A DNA stretch of 64,000 bases from Mobula hypostoma (taxonomy: Eukaryota), in assembly GCF_963921235.1 (NCBI RefSeq), contig NC_086097.1, positions 28,770,001 through 28,834,000 of the forward strand, read 5' to 3'. Every line of letters starts with the position of its first letter. Position 1 is the stretch's first letter. The notes below the pieces were generated by a model. It was not told the origin of the DNA. It saw nothing but the letters and a program-made list of their open reading frames with translations, and made no database searches. This document shows, in pieces, positions 52,641 through 64,000 of the stretch. Position numbers and translations under genes: made by a program.

Positions 52641-55600
52641 AGAGTGGTGGGTGCATGGAACGCATTGCCAGGAGTGGTAATAGAGGCAGATACATTCAGG
52701 ACATTTAACAGACTCTTGGATAGGCAGATGGATAACATAAAAATGGATGGTTAGTTGGGAGGGAAGAGTTAAGTTGATCTTGGAATAGGTTAATAGGTCT
52801 GCACAACATCATGGGCTGAAGAGCCTATGCTGTTCTCTGTCCTAGCTGCAATGCTGCTTTATACCACTGACTGGAGTTATTTCATATATGGGGAAGCTTC
52901 CCCACTACATTCATGTTTGGGGGTGGGGGTGGGGAGGAGAAGAGAAGAGATCTTACTAAGGTAAATCACTAATGCCTGCTCACCTGAGAAGTAAATATTT
53001 TCAGAAGACAGTATGAAGAGTTTTTATAAAAATATATTTACTTTTACACGTTGTACGGTTACATAAAGGTGAGTCTGGGAATATGATTCTCATTGGTTAG
53101 TTAAATCAGCCATTCTGAGCATAATTTAAACTTCTCATGTTGTTTCTAACCAAACAACTTCATTAAATCCTTCACATCAGCTACAGTTCAACCAATACTA
53201 CTACACCAAATAAGATACTCAGCAGATACAGAATGTTTACTTTAAAAGAGTTAGTGCAATAAACTTACATTCAAAACTCTTAAAATGGTGTATACCATAG
53301 TAATATGCAACAATTCTTGGACACGGGAAGACAAAAGCACTGGGGCATTCTTGATGAAAATAAACAGTGCTGAAAATAGCCATTACATCATTCTACACCA
53401 ACAGCACCATTTTGTTATTTCAAAGTTTTATTACTGTAATTAAACCTACTCTTGTTACAATTTTAGCCCATGTCATAAATTTCTCTTCCCACCCCACCCA
53501 AACCTACTCATTTATTATTTTTTAAACAAAGAGTAGAGCAAGGTGATGTAGTCATAAAGAAATGAATGCCCTTTTTTTTTTGAGCAGAAAGGCCACTGCA
53601 CAGGTACAGTTTCTACTCCACTGGCCGAAAAACAAATCTTTCAGTATCAGGAAGAATTTACTGCCTTGCCACACTTCCCCACACGACAGCATGTTGCTGG
53701 ACCACCTTCAGGACCATTGAATTAATTTTGTGCATTCATTCCTCTAGAACAGCCTTCACGTCCCAATTTCCTACTTCACCTGGGACAGATTCCTGGGCTT
53801 TGACTGGTATTGCACATTCAAAGTAGTTTATACAGGGGGCTGCTGAAAACAGCCAGATGAAGTGGGTCTCGATCAGTAAAAAAAAAGAGATTAATGATCA
53901 AGCTCAGGTCTCATTGCCAAGATTGCTGTTCAGTAATGATCATAAACTACTGGATGAACCACAATCTTCAAAGGACAGAAGGGGACATAGGCACTGAATG
54001 GTCCATCACAAAGTCCATCAAAATACTCAACAGACACCATAGAGGACATCTTAAAAAGGTAGCATCTATCATGAAGGAACCTCATCACCTAAGAACTGCA
54101 ATCTTCTTGCTACTACTGTCTGGGAGGAGGTTAAAGGTCTGAAGACCCACACACAATGAATCAGGAATAGCTCCTTCTCCTCTGTTATCAGACTTCTGAA
54201 TTGCCCATAAACCTCATTGTTCCTCTTTCTGCAGTATTTATTTTGTTATTTATGGTAATGTTACACCTTTGCCCTGTACTGCTGTCACAAAAGAACACAT
54301 TTCCATGTCATATATGCCTGATAATAAAGCTGATTCTGAGGGCAGGAGATACCTGATGGTGCAGGAACATGAGCAGCTTGTGAGGTTAATATGGAAAAGC
54401 CGTCTGCACTGACTTGCAACTTGGCAGCAAGATAAAGAATAACTACAAGATAATTAAAAACCACGAAGAGTCAAGGTACTCTACATATATGCATAATATA
54501 AATAAAGTCATGAAAATATTCCCCACAGAATGGTAGAAGTCACTGCTCCTCATTCATTAAAATTGCAATCTCAATAATCTATCTGATGAACCTACCACAC
54601 AGTCTCCCAATCACAATATGGTAGAATAACTTAAAAAATTTAAGAGAGACGGGTCAGCTTCAACTCAAGGAGTTGATGCTGGTAGAGTGGGCCAGGTGGA
54701 TTGAGCTGTAGCTATTTGATTCTAACTGTACCTAATAGAACCACAACCTTCAACACAGATCTGTAGCTGGAACTTAAATCTATAGTGTATCATTTAAGTA
54801 ATAATTCTGAACCTCTTCTTTGGATGTGGTTTTCAAAAATACCCTACCAAAAGCAAGATATATTTAAGCCAGAACAGTGGTATTAATATTGAAAACTAAA
54901 CTTTATTTTCAGCAGCAATTGACACCTATGATCTTTACAAAATGTCACACTTTGCAGAGCAAATTCAGACTTGGATGAAAACAAAGACAGGCTGTCGTAA
55001 TTGATAGCCTGGTCACTGAGGATCAATGGAATTCCCAATTCTAAAATAAATGTATTACATGCAGTTAATCAATACTATTCTCAAATTAAACCTCTTAATT
55101 TGGAATTTACAATATTTTGGAAAGTTAATGCCAAAGAGGAATACTGTGTTCAGAAAAACATTGAATAAAAAGGTCTTTGGTATTTGGGTGTCACTACATT
55201 AGCACGATTAAATTAAAAAGACAAATTGAATAACAGGCAATTTGTAAAATTTGTACTTTTAGCACATTTTTAAAACTTATATATGGGGTTATGAATACAC
55301 TGGAAACAGTAATATTCAGAGACAGCATGTAACCAGTAACGTAAGTAGAAGTGGGAGTAAGCTATTTGGCTACATGTGTCTGATTATGCTATTCAGCAAT
55401 GTTATAGCTAATTGTTTTCACCACCCTGACACTTTGCTGCACCAACTCCATTTCAAGTCCTTTAATACCTACAACTCATTTTCTGGAATATGTCCAGTGA
55501 CTTTCAATTAATTGCAAAGATTTATTACATTCTGAGTGAAGAAATCTCTTTTCATCATCTTGAATGGATGCTCTCTTTATTTTGTACATCGTGATTCCCA

Positions 55601-57769
55601 GTTCCAAAAGGGAAACATCAACCACACATCAACCTAGTTAACCCGCTTAAGAATTACGTTTCAAGATCATCCCTTATTCTTTTAAACTCAAGAGTGCTCC
55701 ACCTCTCCTCATCCATCAAAACTGCAATTCCAGTAATCGATCTGATGAACCTGCTGCACATTCTTTCTAATCACAAGTAGATACTTCCTTGGGTAGGGAG
55801 GCCATACCTGCCTACAAAATTCCAGATAAGATCTTACATGGCCTCATAGAACTTGAATAATATCTCCACTTTTGTACTCCAAGTTCCTTCAATAAAGACC
55901 AATATACTGTTTTCCATCCTAATTGCTTGCTGTATCTGCACATTAACATCAGGGATAGATACCAGAGTCCCTCTGAAAAGCAATACTTTCTAACTAAAAG
56001 AAAACATAAGAAAGTAATTTTTTCTTCTATAAAAAGTGGATAACCTCACATTTAACACACTACATTCAATCTTTGGAATTCATATTCGGTTTTATTATAT
56101 ATAGCTGTACTTCAAGAATGTTGCTGTATGCAACAGGACCAAGTAACACAAGATCTATTGACTACTGGAAGTAGCCAGAATTATTCTGCACAGGAAAAGA
56201 ATACCTTGGGAAAATTTTACAGGCATTAGCCGACTGCTATTTTTATTATTTACATTATTAAATCTAAAGGATAATAGATAAAAAACTGCCACATGGATCA
56301 AAAGGGAAGTTGCACTGGCAAAACTGAATATCCAATGAATGACATTATCAGCTTGGAAGTATAATTTTCTATTTTATATCTAAGACACCATTAACTTGAT
56401 CTCCAATACCAAAATAGCCATCTTCTGCATAAAACTACAGAAGGTAGAAATTAGGTACAAACCATTATTGGTAATTATATTTAATTTGGTTCACACTTCT
56501 GGGTAGCAACACAGCATAAGTCCTGCCCTAGTTGCTCTGAGGGAATGAAGTGTTAAACTTCATAATTTGGACTTCCATAAATGCATAGACTTGACTTATC
56601 CAGAAATCTTTGAAGGGCATCAATGAATTTCAAATAAGCATTTACTTAATTCAATTTCACAAAGTCAATGACAGATTCTAAATTAATTCCAGCAAGCTTC
56701 TGTAGTTTCCTTTAGATTCAGCCCAGGAAATATAACCAGAAGAAATAACTTTGCTCCACAGAATTGCTACATTACTTGATTTGAGTCCATTCCACTCAAT
56801 GATGAGGAATGTCCTGTTATTAATCCCAAACTTGCCTTCAATGAGCTTAAACTCAACAGCATTTATCACATTCTCACAATTTAAAGAGTAATTAATGAAC
56901 TAGTTCCAGTGGTCCCCACTGTTGATAGTAACGCCAATTCAAATCCCCGTTGAATTTAAATTCAGCTAAACAAATACATCTATAAATTTATACACACAAC
57001 AGTATGTTCATGGCCATGCATATTATAGAAATTTACTGAGAATTCACAAATCGCTAATCAAATCTGAGTTATGGAATAAATTTCGTTCTCACAGAATTTA
57101 AGTGAAAAAAGACTTTTTTCTAACTTGCGTTTCTTGACACAGGAACAGATGACATGGACTTGCGTAACGTAAAATCATGATACAAACTATTTTCTAGGAC
57201 CCACCATGACGCAGGGTATGGCAAGTGTGAGGAATAAGTATTTATTAAGAGTTTGATTTAAAACTACATTAACCTTGTGCAATAGAGAGAAAACTGGCAT
57301 CTAAAAAATCAAAGGAGGCGAGACTCCAGCTGCTGGCATACACGAGGAAGTGTAAATAGTAAGATTTTTTGTAGGAATTAAGTAGGAAGTAGAGGTTGTT
57401 TCTTGGAATGGAGGCTGGTGACTAGTGGTGTGCTGCAAGGGTCGGTGTTGGAACCCCATTTTCTGTTCCACAGATGATAAACTTTACAATAGAATCCTCC
57501 AGTGTTATATATAAAAGGCCAAGACTAAATAATGTGGTCTACCAATTCACCATAAAAATAGATAATTGTATTTAATAGGATTTGATTAAAATGGTATTTG
57601 CAGCAATAATACAAAATCAGCACCTTGTTTTTACCTAAATTAACCATTTTAAATGCAATATTGAGCTCTTATAAACAAGAGTCTGAATTTGACAATAATC
57701 CACAAAATTAGTTAGGACGAAATGTGTGAATACAGCTTTTCAAAAAAAGTAATGGTACAAACTCCATCA

Positions 57770-57886
<117 letters not shown>

Positions 57887-59089
57887 CTAAAATGTATTAC
57901 AATTAAGAAAATCAAAAAAAACCCAAAATGCACAAATATCAGTACAATTATGCCACCCAGTTCCATATTATGAATTATAGCAATAATAATTATATTGAAA
58001 GTTAAGACACTGAGTAAACTCTCACAAATGAAACTACATCCTGCAAGCATTAAGGTCATACGGGTCACCTTCAGTATATGCAAGTTTATTTCTGTTCTTT
58101 TTGCTCATTTCCCAATGAATCAACTAACATGTCAGCCTTTGGCTAGATTGTTCTCCCTCTTGGATGTCAATCTTCTTATCCCTTTCAAACTTACCTCACT
58201 AAAAAGACACTTATTCTTAAAACTATGGTTCAACATAAATCAGTAGGTTCCTAGAAGCAAGTTATCTGAGCACACGGGTGAAATTTTGGTAAACTAAAAG
58301 ATAGTGGATGCTAGAAAAGACAAAAGGACAACCAGGTACTTTATAGTTCTGATCACCATTGGAAGTATGAAGGTAATAACCCATGTACTTTGTATTTATA
58401 TATTTATTTTTCTTCAACTCTACATTACACCCTCCAAAATTCTTCAAATTAAAGTATACAAAGTGTAACATGTGTAGTTGTTGTGACTGCCATTGATTAT
58501 CCAGACTCCAAATGATTGAAGCAAGGAGCTGGACAACCACCTGCTTACCTATTGCTAAACAAGCCTAGAGTGTGTGTCAGTTTGTTTAGTCTGAGAGAGA
58601 TTAAGATAAATTTTCCATGACAATTAACATTCTACAAGCTAACTAACTAACTGTCCCCAACAAAACAGGAGCACAGGGTTAAAAGAAATAATTAACAGTT
58701 GATGCACAAATATACACTATTTTGCCAAGTGATCATTACTTTTAATTGAACGGCAATATACAAATGAGCAGCACACTGATATGGCTTTCCTACTTTTGGA
58801 GCATCATCATCATTACAAAAAGCAGTATATCTATTTATAACTATTCTAATAAACTCACTGGTGTAGGCGAAGGTAGCAACAGGAGAAAACTATTCTGCTG
58901 TGGGAGTATTATTTAAACCTCTTAATCATGAGCAATTTTTGTACTGGATGTACTCCAGAGCTGTGTAGACAGTTACAATATATGCAGTGTGGGTTAGTGA
59001 TTACAGAGTTTCACTAATACTACAAATGTGAAATTAAATACACTCAGGTGTAATATGAACGAAATAAGAATTGGGGGGTGGGGGTATCA

Positions 59090-59450
59090 TTGAAACCTAC
59101 TGAATATTGGAAGGCCTAGAAAGAGTGAACGTGAAGAGGATGTTTCTTTTGGTGAAGGAATCCCGGTCCAGAGGGCACAGCCTCAGAATAGAAGGATGTC
59201 CATTTAGAAAAGAGATGAAGAGGAATTTCTTCAGCCTGTAGGCAGTGAATTTGTGGAATTCATTGTCATAGGTGGCTGTAGATGCCAACTCATTGAGTAT
59301 ATTTAAAGTGGAGGTTGATGGGCTCTTGACAACAAAGGTTACGAGGAGAAGGCAGGAGAATGGGGTTGAGGGGGATAATAAATCAGCAATGATGGAATGA
59401 TGGAGCAAACTTGATGGGTTGAGTGGCCTAATTCTGCTCCTATGTCTCAT
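59090..59450 (+). mobile_element. CR1 LINE 3' fragment
   Basis: IETY*ILEGLERV..SRGHSLRIEG..EMKRNFFS and CR1 3' UTR. Confidence 0.85.
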
Positions 59451-59631
59451 GGGCTAAATCTGGCCAAGCAGCGGCAGCATCTGCTCCCCAATATAATTGT
59501 ATTGAGTCCCCAATTTTCCAAGATGTTTTTCCTTAACCTAATTCTTACCTGGATTTTAAGTTTTTCCTTGCTTAATATATTCAATTTTTGTTTCTTCCAC
59601 CACCTATCACCTTAAACAACACCCTCTAGCG

Positions 59632-59699
59632 CAGGGGTTCACAACCTTGTTAATACCATGCACCCCTACCATTAACCAAGAGGTCCGTGGGAATCTCTG
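59632..59699. mobile_element. 68-bp hAT/Charlie-type MITE
   Basis: CAGGGGTTCACAACC...GTGGGAATCTCTG; TSD CTCTAGCG (59624-31) / CTCTAGAG (59700-07). Confidence 0.75.
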
Positions 59700-59707
59700 C
59701 TCTAGAG

Positions 59708-61710
59708 TCAGAGTACTACAGCATAGATACAGGACTTCCAGCCCATCAAGTTCATGACAAACTATTATTCTGCCTAATCCCAGCAATTTGCAGCTGGAAC
59801 ATAGCCCTCCATACCTCTCCCATCCACGTATCTACCAAACCTCCTTTAAATGTTGAAATTGAACTCATATCCACTATTTTTGCTGGCAGCTTGTTTCACA
59901 TATGCACCACCCTGAGTGAAGATGTCCCCCCAGCCCAGGTTCCCCTCTAGTTCTTAATTCTCCAACCCTGCAAAAAAGACTGAGTGAAATATGATTTTAG
60001 ACATCTCTATAAGATCACCTCTCAGACTCCTATGTAATATAAAATAAAAAATTTTGCGCATCAATCTCTCAAACTCAGTTACTCACGTCCTAGCAACATC
60101 ATTTCTGTACTCTTTCCAGTTTAATAACAGGGCCTCTTCAGCATCCAGTACAACTCGCCATGATCTTCAAACTGTTATACTCAATGTACTGGCTTATGAA
60201 AGCCTTCAACACCACCTTGTCTGGTTGTGACTCCAATTTTCAGGGAACCACGTACTTGCATTCTCAGGGTTCCCATGTTGCACAACACTTCCCAGGCCCT
60301 GCCACTCACTGTGAGATTCTTACCTGGACTTGACTTTCCAAAATGCACCTTCTACTCAAGACCACAAGACCATTTGGCCCATTGAGTCTGCTCCACCATT
60401 TCATCATGGCTGATCCAATTTTCCTCTCAGCCCAATATCCTGACCAATCAAGAATCGAATCAAGCTCTGCCTTAAATATACATCACATCTTGGCCTCCAC
60501 AGCTGCCCATGGCAAAGAATTCACAGGTTCATCATCTTCTGGCTAAAGAAATTCCTCCTCATCTCTGTTCCAAAACGAAGCCCCACTAATTATGAGGCTG
60601 TGTCCTCTGGTCTGAGACTCATTGGAAACATCCTCTCCACATCCACTCTATCAAGGCCTTTCACCATTTAATACGTTTCAATGAGGTCATCCCTCATTCT
60701 TCTGAATTCTAGTGAACACAGGCCCAGAGCCATCAGATGCTCATCATCTGACAAGCTGTTCAATCTTGGAATTACTGACATGAACTTCCTCTGAACCCTC
60801 TCCACTTTCAGCATAAGGGCACCAAAACTGCTCACAATACTCCAAGTGAGGCCTCATCAACACTACATCCTTGCTTTTATATTCTAGTCCCCTTGAAATG
60901 AATGCTAACAATGCATTTGCCTTTCTCACCACAGACTCAACATGCAAATTAACCTTTAGGGAATTCTGCACAAACACTCCCATGTCCCTTTGCATCTCAG
61001 TTTTTGTACTTTCTCTCCATTTAGACAATAGTCAACCCTTTCATTTCTTCTACCAAAGTCCATGACCTTACACTTCCTGATGCTGTATTCCACCTACCTT
61101 CTTTGCCCATTCTCCTAATGTGTTTAAATCCTACTGCAGCCTCTCTACTTCCTCTAAACTACCTGCTCCTCCACCTATCTTCATATCATCTACCAACTTT
61201 GCAACAAAGCCATCAATTCCATCATTCAAGTCACTGACATATAATGTAAAAGGAATCAGTCCCAACAGATGCCTGCTGTACACCACTAGTCACTGGCAGC
61301 CAACCAGAAAAGGCTCCCTTTATTCCCAATCTTTGCCTCCCACCAATCAGCCACTGCTTTATCCATGCTAGAATCTTTCCTGTAATACCATGGACTTGTA
61401 AGCTTGTTAAGCAGCCTCCTGTATGGCACATTATCAAAGGCCTTCTGAAAATCCGAGTGCATGACGTCAACCAATTCTCCTCATCTAAGTCAAACTCCAT
61501 TTGCAATTTCTTGAACTTCTTAGCTGATCAAGACCCCCTGTAATTTAATAACTTACTTTATAATTTGTAAGTGCCACTGAAAATTTACTAAACTTACCCT
61601 GTATATTCTTACCAATCATTGATTTAGATGACAAATAGCAATAGGCCCAGCACCTACACTAGGAACACCACTAGTCACAGGCCTCCAGTACAAGGAGACA
61701 ACCTTCTGAA
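59708..61710 (-). mobile_element. Cluster of nested CR1 fragments (younger copy about 60360-61480 inside an older one)
   Basis: ORFs 60744..61028 (RPHLEYCEQFW), 61231..61506, 61286..61474 (DFQKAFDNVPY). Confidence 0.8.
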
Positions 61711-63497
61711 TGCTAAATTTGCTTCACCTTCTGAGGCAGTAAGGTGCTGGTGTGCTTACTTGGCTATAGTGTTTACATGGTTAGACATTGGTTATGCTTA
61801 CATTTAGGTGTTGAAGGAGATGCTTACAGACTGGGCAGGTGATTGGTTTCAGAGATGGGTGCATTTTTCTGCAACTTATTCTAGGCTCTGGTGCATACTC
61901 AATATTATCTCTCTGACATCCCAACTGTTCCCTAAATACTTTTGAATAATCATAGGCCAGGAATGCCAAAAAGTCAGTAGGGGTGGTTCACTTTTTCCAA
62001 GGAGTTATTGAAAGCATCCTTTATTTGTTTCACTACCGATATGGTACTGACATCAATTTGTATACCCTGCCTGCAGATTCTAGGAATCCACATCATACGT
62101 ACAGCATTGGTATAATTTTTCCAGTGCTTTGAGATGCCCGAGAGTAGTCCAAGTCTCAGAGACAAATAGCAGGGCAGAAGTCACTGCTGCCCAGTAGATC
62201 ACAAACCTTGTGCCAGGTTTGGAGGTCTCAGTTACATACTTACATACTTCCTCAGATGACCAAAGAAGGCAATGGTGAAGTTTATCAATGATATTTGGAT
62301 TCACTGAAAGACAATTCCTAACACATGAGAAGTGGATCACATTTTCCAGGATGAAATATAGACTTGAACTCTGGTATCTCAGATTAGAATTTTAATACCC
62401 TATTGACCAAGTTATGAAGGCTCTAAGACCAAGTTTTGGGCAGCTGAAAGCAAGGCCTATAATTAAAAATATAATGTTGTAATATTAAAGTACAAATCAA
62501 AACTATTAGAAAACTGCACGAGAATATTAACATTTACTTCACTGAAAACTTAATGAAAATGGCATACATTAATGCACTGAAGTCAATTACATTGTCATCA
62601 GCCTAGCCAAAAACATTTTTTTTTTCACATTTGTTGATGGGAAAAGAGTTGACAAGTGCAGAGTACAGACAAAACTGCACAAGTAAGCCCCAAGACTGAG
62701 AATGATTGCAACATGTAGTGCATCCTTCCTTTTCTCGTCCCTCTTAAAGCTGAAACTACCTTTTAGAACCCTTCCTCAGCTCTCCCTTCAATGTTACCTC
62801 TTCTTTTCCCTCACCAAAGAAAACGTTGTCAGGATAGAAGTATAATCAGTATTTGTTTGTGGGTTGCATCACTGCCAACAGTGGGGCAAAGATGCGACCC
62901 AAAAACAAACCAGGAATGTAGAATAGAACACAAGTATTGGAATGCAGGAACTTGACTTTAGAGGACAATACATATGATGTGAACTTAAAACATTATTAGC
63001 TGAATAAGGCACCAAACTTACTATTGGCCCAATCAAGATTTAGAATCAAAGTGTTCTCCTTTTTAACATTAAAAAAAAGATATTCTATTATTTGCTTACT
63101 GTGCAAGTTAAGCTGCAATATGAGATTCTTTTCCCAGTCCGTATTCTTCAAAAATTAATCACTTGCCAGCTCAACTAAAATATACCAGTAGACTTCCTGT
63201 GAGCTAAATAAAAAAGTTTTATATAAGTGTAAATAATGTGCTGGAACATCTTGATTTTAGTACTTATATTAACTCATTTAGTTTTGTTAATAGTACTTGC
63301 TGAAATTTAAAATTTGATATTTAATTTTACTAAATGTCAATTTTTTAAAAAATCAAATATAGGTGAATATTTGCTTGGAAATTCTGATCCTTCTTGAGTA
63401 AAACTGTTTGTGAACCTATGTTGTACCAGTGACACTGGTGGGGTTTGTGCAACACAGCAGACCCAGAAAGAAGATATGATAATATGTTTAAAAACGT

Positions 63498-64000
63498 AAA
63501 CAACAGGAATTCTGCAGATGCTGGAAATTCAAGAACACACATCAAAGTTGCTGGTGAATGCAGCAGGCCAAGCAGCATCTCTCGGAAGAGGTGCAGTCGA
63601 CGTTTCAGGCCGAGACCCTTCGTCAGGACTAACTGAAGGAAGAGTGAGTAAGGGATTTGAAAGTTGGAGGGGGAGGGGGAGATCCAAAATGATAGAAGAC
63701 AGGAGGGGGAGGGATAGAGCCAAGAGCTGGACAGGTGATAGGCAAAAGGGATACGAGAGGATCATGGGACAGGAAGTCCGGGAAGAAAGACGGGGGGGGT
63801 GGGGGGGACCCAGAGGATGGGCAAGGGGTATATTCAGAGGGACAGAAGGAGAAAAAAGACAGTGAGAGAAAGAATGTGTGTATAAAAATAAGTAACAGAT
63901 GGGGTACAAGGGGGAGGTGGGGCATTAGCGGAAGTTAGAGAAGTCAATGTTCATGCCATCAGGTTGGAGGCTACCCAGACGGAATATAAGGTGTTGTTCC
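63498..64000 (-). mobile_element. Young Penelope-like element (terminal region plus end of GIY-YIG ORF), runs off the window
   Basis: Nearly identical to 24806-25307; encodes EQHLIFRLGSLQPDGMNIDFSNFR*. Confidence 0.93.
63595..63630 (-). ncRNA. Minimal type I hammerhead ribozyme motif
   Basis: Minus: AGTC-CTGACGA-AGGGTCTCGGCCT-GAAA-CG-TC-GACT, identical to 24900-24935. Confidence 0.8.

Noticed and set aside
57887..64000. Search for the upstream exon (GSLLLESKINPNTAYQKQQ)
   Set aside because: No matching codons found by eye; presumably beyond the window.

Overview
Eukaryotic (vertebrate) genomic DNA, not prokaryotic. The repeat landscape (abundant CR1, Penelope, Rex/Babar and RTE retroelements plus Tc1/hAT/pogo transposons) suggests a cartilaginous fish such as a ray or shark; this is inference. 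The window lies within one minus-strand gene, PPP4R3A/SMEK1 (protein phosphatase 4 regulatory subunit 3). Seven consecutive coding exons are present (57886-57788, 35777-35160, 26366-26289, 22673-22557, 19908-19792, 7669-7538, 5153-5051), all with GT-AG boundaries and one continuous reading frame; the N- and C-terminal exons were not found and presumably lie outside the window. The introns are packed with transposable elements, several deeply nested with TSDs and TIRs readable by eye. Most notable: (1) a young Penelope-like (GIY-YIG) retroelement family whose terminal region carries an intact minimal type I hammerhead ribozyme core (CUGACGA..GAAACGUC), with five intact-core copies, four in the pre-mRNA sense, including a 1.3-kb head-to-head hairpin next to an exon; (2) short copies of this family repeatedly truncate or invert at the ribozyme; (3) an ITS2-28S rDNA fragment fused to a retroposon tail inside a TA-flanked pogo-like MITE; (4) a multi-layer CR1/Tc1/Tigger/solo-LTR nest and a reconstructable Buster-type hAT transposon split by a CR1. 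Nearly all other ORFs in the supplied track are TE fragments or noise. Coordinates of old repeat fragments are approximate.
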